Source of the DNA: Deltaproteobacteria bacterium
GTDB lineage: Bacteria > Desulfobacterota > Syntrophia > Syntrophales > UBA2185
Direction: 5' to 3'
NCBI GenBank assembly: GCA_037143735.1
Contig: JBAWYD010000002.1
Coordinates: 1-48,302, forward strand
DNA length: 48,302 bases
Shown here: positions 39,002 through 45,459 of the stretch, one piece after another
How positions within the stretch are numbered: the first letter of the stretch is position 1
Layout: every line of letters starts with the position of its first letter
Position numbers and translations under genes: made by a program
Notes under the pieces: model-generated
What the model saw: the letters and a program-made list of their open reading frames with translations, nothing else
What the model was told of the DNA's origin: nothing
The model's database searches: none

Positions 39002-40300
39002 TCAACTCTTCAATGTCTTTTTCAGGATATCCCAGCTTTTTATAATGTCTATGGCAGTTTTTAACTGGTTATCAGGGATCATATCATCATGTTTCTTTGA
39101 TTTTTCAGAATCCGGACCATTTTCTTTTTTTGGCTCGATATGGCCTTTAAGGTCCCGTTCTCTGATGAAATCATCTGCGGATTCCTTATCCTCAGAAGGT
39201 TTTACGTATTTTACCACGATATCGGGTGTAATTCCTTCAGCCTGGATAGACCGTCCCTTCGGGGTGTAATATTTTGCTGTGGTTAATTTCAGGGCCGATC
39301 CACCCTCCAGGGGAATCACCGTTTGTACCGAACCCTTTCCAAACGTCTGTGTGCCGATGACAATGGCTCTTCCATTATCCTGAAGGGCTCCCGACACAAT
39401 CTCCGCTGCGCTGGCGGTTCCCTCATTGACCAGAATAACGATAGGACATGTCGGTTCATGACCGTCTTCTTTCGCCGTGGACATGGTTTCCATGCTTTTT
39501 GCCCTTCCCCTGGTGGTTACAATGATACCCGATTTCAGGAAAACGTCGGATACGGCAACGGCCTGATGCAACAATCCTCCGGGATTATTCCTTAAATCCA
39601 GTACAAGTCCTCTTGGTGTGCGTGCCTTGGTGTCAATCTCTTCAAGGGCCTTTCGCAGATCATCAACCGTCCGTTCCTGAAAGGAAGCTATCCGGATATA
39701 TCCGATATTATCATCATATATCCTTGATTTTATACTCTTGATTTTGATGATGCCCCGAATGAGAGCGATGTCCTTCGGTTTCGCCATGTTTTCCCGCATG
39801 ATGGTAATCGTAACCTTTGAATCTTTCGCCCCCCGGAGTTTCTTGACGGCCTCCATAATTGTGATATCTCTGGTAGATTTTCCGTCTATCCTGATGATCT
39901 GATCCCCAGCCTTTACCCCGGCAAGAAAGGCCGGCGTATCTTCAATAGGGGAAACAACGGTCAGTATATCCTTCTTAATCGTGATTTCAATTCCTATTCC
40001 TCCGAAGACCCCGCGTGTTTCCACCTCAAGTTCCTTGTACATGTCAGCGGTCATATAGGAACTGTGCGGATCAAGAGATTTCATCATGCCGTTGATGGCG
40101 CCCTCTATGAGGGTCTTGTTATCCATCTCTTCCACATAGTTTTTTTCAACCATCTTAAGAACCTCATTGAACGTCTTGAGATTCTTATATATATTCCTAT
40201 CCGCCGCCGAAACACCGCTGTCACGCTGAGGGCCAAAAAGGACGAGACATGTGGCAATGAACAGCAGCAACAACCACCTTTCGTGGAAAAACCTTTTCAT
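39002..40300 (-). CDS. ctpA: carboxyl-terminal processing protease (S41 family, PDZ domain)
   Basis: PDZ (GGIGIEI...GVKAGDQIIRIDG). Catalytic region LVNEGTASAAEIVSGALQD and TFGKGSVQ. Start trimmed to ATG 40300, preceded by GGAGG at 6 nt. Confidence 0.9.
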   Translation of the reverse strand: MKRFFHERWLLLLFIATCLVLFGPQRDSGVSAADRNIYKNLKTFNEVLKMVEKNYVEEMDNKTLIEGAINGMMKSLDPHSSYMTADMYKELEVETRGVFGGIGIEITIKKDILTVVSPIEDTPAFLAGVKAGDQIIRIDGKSTRDITIMEAVKKLRGAKDSKVTITIMRENMAKPKDIALIRGIIKIKSIKSRIYDDNIGYIRIASFQERTVDDLRKALEEIDTKARTPRGLVLDLRNNPGGLLHQAVAVSDVFLKSGIIVTTRGRAKSMETMSTAKEDGHEPTCPIVILVNEGTASAAEIVSGALQDNGRAIVIGTQTFGKGSVQTVIPLEGGSALKLTTAKYYTPKGRSIQAEGITPDIVVKYVKPSEDKESADDFIRERDLKGHIEPKKENGPDSEKSKKHDDMIPDNQLKTAIDIIKSWDILKKTLKS

Positions 40301-40422
40301 CGAAACCTCCATATCGATACGATCAAGATCGGATTGTCGTTACACATCTTCCTGAATGATAACACTTTTTTCATTAAATTATCCATCATTAATTATTGGG
40401 GAAATAGCATCAATAAAACTCT

Positions 40423-40450
40423 GGAAATTCCAAGTGGTTGTTTTTCTTCA
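40423..40450 (+). promoter_or_regulatory. copy 3 (shorter spacing) of the bipartite motif: GGAAATTCC-aaGTGGttgtttt-TCTTCA
   Basis: GGAA-N-TTCC dyad at 40423..40431, GTGG at 40434..40437, TCTTCA at 40445..40450. Intergenic, between ctpA and the 70-aa ORF. Confidence 0.35.
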
Positions 40451-40664
40451 GCGGTTTGCAAACCAGACCACATATTCCCTCGTCGGCCAGAAAATCTGAT
40501 ATTCAAAAAATTTGTATAGAAATTATGATACCCAAATCAATCTTAAGGAGGATTTACTATGGGAACAAGAGGTATTTCAGCGACATCCTGATCAGCAACA
40601 AACTGTTGAACCTTTAGAAGGGAGCTTTCGAACGGAGGCTTTCTTTTTTACCGCTCTATCCGGG

Positions 40665-40877
40665 CTACTTCTTTTCTATCTCACGTTTGGCGAACGCCCA
40701 CACGTCAAAGGCAAGTTTTACCATGGCATTGTGTGTCTTTGAATTCTTCTTTGCTCCGGATTCCTGCAGACTCTCCCGTACGAAATTGTGAAGCACTGCA
40801 TTTATCCAGCTCTCTTCCGGCGTTCCCCTGATTTTCGACAATTGTTTCAACAGGTTGATATATTCCTTATTTGGCAT
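40665..40877 (-). CDS. hypothetical small helical protein (70 aa)
   Basis: ORF only. The composition looks protein-like (MPNKEYINLLKQLSKIRGTPEESWINAVLHNFVRESLQ...). Weak SD. No family recognised. Confidence 0.35.
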   Translation of the reverse strand: MPNKEYINLLKQLSKIRGTPEESWINAVLHNFVRESLQESGAKKNSKTHNAMVKLAFDVWAFAKREIEKK

Positions 40878-40914
40878 CTACTGTCTACCTGCCTTTCGCG
40901 AGAGTGAGATCATT

Positions 40915-40953
40915 AAAAAACAAAAAACCCTGTCTTGTTGTAAAAGACAGGGT
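40915..40953 (-). terminator. Rho-independent terminator downstream of the DUF1385 gene
   Basis: The minus strand reads ACCCTGTCT-tttacaaca-AGACAGGGT followed by TTTTTgTTTTTT. 9-bp perfect stem. Confidence 0.8.
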
Positions 40954-41084
40954 CTCAATATGTGATTCATCCCCCTATACAGGGAACCGGAGTCGGAAAC
41001 TGCCACCGTCGTGTCTATTACTTCACGTGGTTAAATTAATACTCTTTAATGGCGTTAAAGTCAAGGGAATTTGTTTCATGTCCC

Positions 41085-41954
41085 TTAAACCACCTTTTTC
41101 ATCGCCGCGATGGCGATTTCAATCTGGTCTTCCGTCGGTTCCCTGGTGGTAATTTTTTGCAGCAACAATCCCGGCCAGCTCAACACCCGGACCCATCCGA
41201 AGTGTCTGTATTTTCCGGTAAACCGTATGATTTCATACGAAATTCCTGCAACGACAGGCAAAAGCATGAGTTTATAAAATACCCTGTGCAGAAAATCGGG
41301 CCGCCCAAGCAGGGAAAATACGAGGATGGAGATAATCATGACAACCAGGATGAAACTCGTCCCGCATCGGGGATGCCGGGTGGAGTATTTCCGGACATTT
41401 TCCACGGTCAGATCCTGACCGTCCTCCCAGGCGAAAACCGTTTTATGTTCCGCCCCGTGATACATGAATACACGCCTCATGTCTTCCATCAGAAGGGTGG
41501 CGCCCAAGAAACAGATAAAAATTCCCAGGCGGATAAAGCCCTCGACGATATTTAACAGGAGGGTATTGGCAATGTAATATTTCAGCAGGGAAAAGGAATA
41601 GGCCGGTACGACAACGAAAAAAAATATTGCCGTCGTGAAACTGATCATCATGGAAACGGTCAATTCCCATCCCTTTGGTTTTTTTTCATCTTCCGTTAGG
41701 GCCAGCTCCGCGGAGAACAGGAGGCTTTTCATCCCGATCACGATCATTTCAAATAATGTAACCAGTCCGCGGACGAACGCCAGCCCCAGAAATTTATACC
41801 GTTTGGTGAGAGGAACATAGTATTGCTCACGGATGGCAATTTCTTTGTCTGGTTTCCTGACTGCAGAGGCGATTTTATTCCCATGACGCATCATGACGCC
41901 TTCAATAATCGCCTGTCCGCCAGCTATATCTTCCGAGTCCGGTTTATGGTTCAT
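41085..41954 (-). CDS. DUF1385 (YqhQ-like) membrane protein
   Basis: N-terminal GGQAIIEGVMMR signature, multiple TMs, HGAEHK motif (MYHGAEHKTVF). Confidence 0.85.
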   Translation of the reverse strand: MNHKPDSEDIAGGQAIIEGVMMRHGNKIASAVRKPDKEIAIREQYYVPLTKRYKFLGLAFVRGLVTLFEMIVIGMKSLLFSAELALTEDEKKPKGWELTVSMMISFTTAIFFFVVVPAYSFSLLKYYIANTLLLNIVEGFIRLGIFICFLGATLLMEDMRRVFMYHGAEHKTVFAWEDGQDLTVENVRKYSTRHPRCGTSFILVVMIISILVFSLLGRPDFLHRVFYKLMLLPVVAGISYEIIRFTGKYRHFGWVRVLSWPGLLLQKITTREPTEDQIEIAIAAMKKVV

Positions 41955-41960
41955 AGATTT

Positions 41961-42003
41961 AAAATAAAAAAATCCAGGGATTCACTGATGTAAATCCCCG
42001 GAT
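41961..42003 (-). terminator. Rho-independent terminator of hup
   Basis: The minus strand reads ATCCGGGGATT-tacatcagtg-AATCCCTGGAT followed by TTTTTTaTTTT. 11-bp stem with one G-U pair. Begins 10 nt after the hup stop. Confidence 0.75.
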
Positions 42004-42013
42004 CAGGCAGAAA

Positions 42014-42286
42014 TTATTTTGCTACCGCTTCTTTCATTTTTTTGCCGGCAGAAAACTTGGGAACTTTTTTTGCCTTTATCTTGAGTTCCTTCCCCGTTTG
42101 TGGATTTCTTCCTATCCGGGCGGCCCTTTTTGCAACACTGAAAGTACCGAAACCTACCAGCGTTACCGGTTCGCCTTTCTTCAGAGCCCCGATAATTGTT
42201 TCAAGTACGCAATTTACGCTGTCTTCCGCTGCTTTTTTCGTCTTCACAATTCCCGCCACTGCCGCAACAAGATCACCTTTATTCAT
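42014..42286 (-). CDS. hup: DNA-binding protein HU
   Basis: 90 aa: MNKGDLVAAVA...GFGTFSVAKRAARIGRNPQTGKELKIKAKKVPKFSAGK. SD GGAAGGAGAG. Confidence 0.96.
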   Translation of the reverse strand: MNKGDLVAAVAGIVKTKKAAEDSVNCVLETIIGALKKGEPVTLVGFGTFSVAKRAARIGRNPQTGKELKIKAKKVPKFSAGKKMKEAVAK

Positions 42287-42389
42287 TCCTCAACTCTCCT
42301 TCCCATTTTTGTTGAAAAAAACATTTTTAGACATTAATCCTCGCCGGGGAGTTTCGTCCCGCGGGCGGTTAGCTTAACAATTGCAGCTG

Positions 42390-42418
42390 ATTTTAATCGA
42401 TACCCACTCACAATACAA
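42390..42418 (-). promoter_or_regulatory. candidate sigma70 promoter of hup (TTGTAT-N17-TAAAAT)
   Basis: On the minus strand, -35 is at 42413..42418 and -10 at 42390..42395, about 100 nt upstream of the hup ATG. Confidence 0.45.
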
Positions 42419-42629
42419 GTTTTTTTAAACGGTAAATGTATATTTTTTCCCACTGTCTACAAGGGATATGATAAATGTATATAACATTACGTCATCTGCC
42501 ATGACGTTTTTCACGGTGAATGTTCCCGTGATCGGCTTTCCAAAAGGCGATGAGAGGAAAAGGATAAGTTCGACCCGAAAAATATTCACTGGAACAGATG
42601 GTAAATAAAACGACACGTAAGGGAACGTT

Positions 42630-43133
42630 ATGGGTAAGGTTCTTGCCTTTCGGAGACCTGAAGAGAGCTGTGCAAACTGCTGGTATTATATCATTCCTCA
42701 TGCATCCCACTGGGAACTCGATCAATCGTCGTGCAACTATTGCGGTCATCCTGATTTGGTGAAGGACTGCCATATAAATCGTATGATTATCAAGAAGCTG
42801 GGGCTTTACCGTGATTCCGGTCAATGGTGTCCAAAATATATCAATTTTGATTCACCCGTCATGAAGAAGATGCAATTTTTAGCAGGTATCAGATTTGCCT
42901 TATTTAATCTGCAGCGGGAACCGGATGGCCTGACCGCCGGAAAGGCAGATCCTGCCTCAGACGAATACAGGGAATTGCTGGATCAGTTTTATCTGGAAAA
43001 TAAAAAAATCACGACGATAAATCAGTACAAAGCGGCAAAACGAGATCAGGGCTATTTCATCACTCTGATCGACGAGGCGTTTGAGTATTATAAGCAAAAG
43101 AGCAGGGAACAAAGGCACCTGGATCGCGAGTAA
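42630..43133 (+). CDS. hypothetical protein with an N-terminal 4-Cys (CxxC...CxxC) zinc-ribbon-like segment
   Basis: 167 aa. C14-x2-C17 and C35-x2-C38 (SCANCWYY...SCNYCGH), plus C47 and C67. Helical charged C-terminal half. SD-like AAGGGA. No family recognised. Confidence 0.5.
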   Translation: MGKVLAFRRPEESCANCWYYIIPHASHWELDQSSCNYCGHPDLVKDCHINRMIIKKLGLYRDSGQWCPKYINFDSPVMKKMQFLAGIRFALFNLQREPDGLTAGKADPASDEYRELLDQFYLENKKITTINQYKAAKRDQGYFITLIDEAFEYYKQKSREQRHLDRE

Positions 43134-43336
43134 TTGAATATCCGTGTCCGCACGATGCTGTTATTCGATATCGCTACTTCCGGTAAAGTCAAGGGATGAT
43201 TTTCCAAAATGGTGGTGAAAATTGTTTGACACTCCCGGAGAGGTATGTTTAGTCTGCTGCAGACCTCACATGACCGGAAGTGCGTCCACCGTGCCCCGCC
43301 TTATTGCCGGGGAGTATAGAATTAACATCATCCTTG

Positions 43337-43370
43337 CCGGGAAGTTCCTCCCTGTGGGTGAGAATCTTCG
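43337..43370 (+). promoter_or_regulatory. copy 2 of the recurrent bipartite motif CCGGGAAGTTCC...CCTGTGGG...ATCTTC
   Basis: See 34386..34420. Ends 18 nt before the annotated GTG start of the PAP2 gene. Confidence 0.45.
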
Positions 43371-43388
43371 ATGACAGAAATATTTTAA

Positions 43389-44081
43389 GTGAAAAAAGGG
43401 ATTTTAATAGATTTCGCACTCCCCATCTCCATGGTCATCATGTTGACAATGCTGTTGAGTCTGACGAATGCCGATATAGAGATGGAAAAATGGTTCTATT
43501 CGCCTGATGCCGGTTGGGCTTTGGGTCAGGAAATGCTGTGGACTTTCCTCTATCATTACGGAAACATACCAGCGATTCTCCTGTCTGTCTCCGGATTTCT
43601 TGTTTTTGTTGTGAGCTTCTTTAATAAAAAAATCATCGCTTACAGAAAAATCGGTCTTTTCCTGGTGATATTCATGATTCTCGGTCCGGGACTGCTCATC
43701 AATACCGTTTTCAAGGATCACTGGGGCAGACCACGACCTGCGGATATCGTGAATTTCGGTGGTGGAGAGACATTCCGACATATCTGGGAGAGAGGACAGC
43801 CCGGCCAGGGCAAATCTTTCCCCTCGGGGCATGCATCTGTGGGGTTTTTTTTGTTTTCCCCTTTTTTTATTCTGAGAAAGACGTCCCTGAAATGGGCGGC
43901 CTTTTTCCTGTGCCTGGGCATTTTTTATGGACTGTTGATGGGCACGGGAAGAATGATTCAGGGAGGACACTTTCCCACGGATGTTCTCTGGTCAGGTGCG
44001 CTCACGTATCTGACAGGACTGATCCTTTACTATGTCTTTCGGTTTGACAGGGGGATATATCCTTTGTCATTCCGTGATTGA
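43389..44081 (+). CDS. PAP2-family membrane phosphatase (lipid phosphate or lipid A phosphatase-like)
   Basis: All three acid-phosphatase motifs are present: KDHWGRPRP, PSGHAS and R-x5-H-x3-D (GRMIQGGHFPTD). Multiple TMs. The start is uncertain (GTG 43389 has no SD; the alternative ATG is at 43431). Confidence 0.85.
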   Translation: MKKGILIDFALPISMVIMLTMLLSLTNADIEMEKWFYSPDAGWALGQEMLWTFLYHYGNIPAILLSVSGFLVFVVSFFNKKIIAYRKIGLFLVIFMILGPGLLINTVFKDHWGRPRPADIVNFGGGETFRHIWERGQPGQGKSFPSGHASVGFFLFSPFFILRKTSLKWAAFFLCLGIFYGLLMGTGRMIQGGHFPTDVLWSGALTYLTGLILYYVFRFDRGIYPLSFRD

Positions 44082-44182
44082 CACGGAATCCGGTGATATT
44101 GAATGCTTCTGGATTTCCACTGAACCCTGCCTTCGTATGGTTTTGTCGGGGGCGGGAATGATGTAAAAGGTATATTTAAAAA

Positions 44183-45388
44183 ATGGACGTAAATTTTCAA
44201 CGGAAAGTCGATCGGTTTTTTGGAGCCTTTCTATGCCGTATCCTTTCTCTCATTTACCGAAAGAAAAACAGGGAAGGCGCCGGAAAGAGTCCATGCCGTA
44301 TCCTTGTCATCATGCTGTCCGAAATGGGAAGTCTGGTTCTGGCTCAGCCCATGTTTCAACGGATTAGGGAAAAATTTCCCGGAGCATCGGTTCACGTCCT
44401 TCTTTTTGAAAAGAATCGTGAAATCCTGGATCTTATCGAGGTGATTCCCCCGGAAAATATCCTGACGATCAGTGATAAATCAATTGCCCGGTTCACGCGG
44501 GACAGTTTGAACATTTTAAATCGAATGCGGTCAATCCGGTTCGATACGGTCATCGACTGCGAACTGTTTGCCAGAATCAGCAGCCTGTTTTCTTTCTTTA
44601 CAGGCGCTGCCGTCCGTGTGGGTTTTCACGGGCACACCATGGAAGGTCTGTATCGGGGCGATTTTATCAATCGGCCGGTTCTGTATAATCCCTACCATAG
44701 TATACCCGTACAGTTTGTCGGGCTTGTTGACGCCGTTGATTCCAGTGCGGTTCCGTGCAACAAATTTTCCGCTGAAAATGTCGTGAAGGAATCTCCACAA
44801 GCAAGAATCGGAGAGGCCGAGATTTTGGGAATAAAAAATCGGCTCTACAGCGACTACCCGGACATCCGGGGGAAAAAGCTGGTTCTCCTGTATCCCAGCG
44901 GCGGTATTCTGCCGATTCGGGCATGGCCCTTGGTCTATTTCTGTAAACTTGCCGAAGGCCTGCTCCACCGGGGATACGCCGTGGCAATCATCGGCCTTAA
45001 AGAAGATAAGGGACTCGCCAGTGTCATTCTGTCTCACTGCGGAGATTCTTCCTGCGTGGATCTCACGGGTTACACAAAGTCGATCCGTGAACTCATCGTT
45101 CTGTTCCATATCGCATCTCTTCTCATCACCAATGACGGCGGCCCCGGACAATTTGCCGTCCTCACACCCATTAAAGCGATCCTGTTTTACGGCCCCGAAA
45201 CGCCGGTGCTCTACGGCCCCCTGAGTGATAAGGTTCATGTGTTTTATCGATCCCTGTCCTGTTCCCCCTGTCTGACGGCGTACAATCACCGGAACTCCCC
45301 CTGTGACGGCGATAATGTGTGCCTCAAGTCCATTCAGCCGGAGGAGGTTCTTGAAAAGGCCCTCTCGATTCTGCAGCAAGATAAATAG
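44183..45388 (+). CDS. glycosyltransferase family 9 (heptosyltransferase-like)
   Basis: 401 aa. ILVIMLSEMGSLVLAQPMFQRIREKFPGASVHVL N-terminal pattern, and C-terminal LITNDGGPGQFA, typical of the GT9 / RfaF-RfaC fold. Confidence 0.75.
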   Translation: MDVNFQRKVDRFFGAFLCRILSLIYRKKNREGAGKSPCRILVIMLSEMGSLVLAQPMFQRIREKFPGASVHVLLFEKNREILDLIEVIPPENILTISDKSIARFTRDSLNILNRMRSIRFDTVIDCELFARISSLFSFFTGAAVRVGFHGHTMEGLYRGDFINRPVLYNPYHSIPVQFVGLVDAVDSSAVPCNKFSAENVVKESPQARIGEAEILGIKNRLYSDYPDIRGKKLVLLYPSGGILPIRAWPLVYFCKLAEGLLHRGYAVAIIGLKEDKGLASVILSHCGDSSCVDLTGYTKSIRELIVLFHIASLLITNDGGPGQFAVLTPIKAILFYGPETPVLYGPLSDKVHVFYRSLSCSPCLTAYNHRNSPCDGDNVCLKSIQPEEVLEKALSILQQDK

Positions 45389-45440
45389 GGACAGCGCCCT
45401 ATTAATTTTCGGAATTTAATAGGGCGCTGTCCCTATTTAT
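45381..45440. repeat. 25-bp perfect inverted repeat with a 10-nt spacer, spanning the GT9 stop codon
   Basis: ATAAATAGGGACAGCGCCCTATTAA (45381..45405), then ttttcggaat, then TTAATAGGGCGCTGTCCCTATTTAT (45416..45440). I checked that the arms are exact reverse complements. There is no clear U-tract on either strand. Confidence 0.9.
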
Positions 45441-45459
45441 CCATAAAAAAGGAGGAGTT

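Noticed and set aside
38703-39269. 188-aa plus-strand ORF
   Set aside because: It overlaps the 3' end of ctpA antisense and the yibQ remnant. The minus-strand reading gives clear homology, whereas this frame gives none.
40453-40464. Possible sigma-54 promoter: TGGTTTGCAAACCGC has GG and GC 12 nt apart on the minus strand, upstream of ctpA
   Set aside because: Only the GG/GC dinucleotides match. The flanking consensus (TGGCAC, TTGC) is poor. The site is a perfect palindrome, which fits an operator better than a directional -24/-12 promoter.
41049-41555. 168-aa plus-strand ORF
   Set aside because: Antisense to the DUF1385 membrane protein.
43309-43318. GGGGAGTATA resembling the GGGGAGUAG core of the yybP-ykoY (Mn) riboswitch
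   Set aside because: I could not find the other conserved halves or the four-helix architecture. The downstream gene (PAP2) is not a typical regulon member.
43404-43970. 188-aa minus-strand ORF
   Set aside because: Antisense to the PAP2 phosphatase, which has all three catalytic motifs on the plus strand.
44531-45379. 282-aa minus-strand ORF, the longest unexplained ORF in the track
   Set aside because: It is fully contained antisense within the GT9 gene and has no SD or motif. Long antisense frames are common opposite genes with this codon bias.
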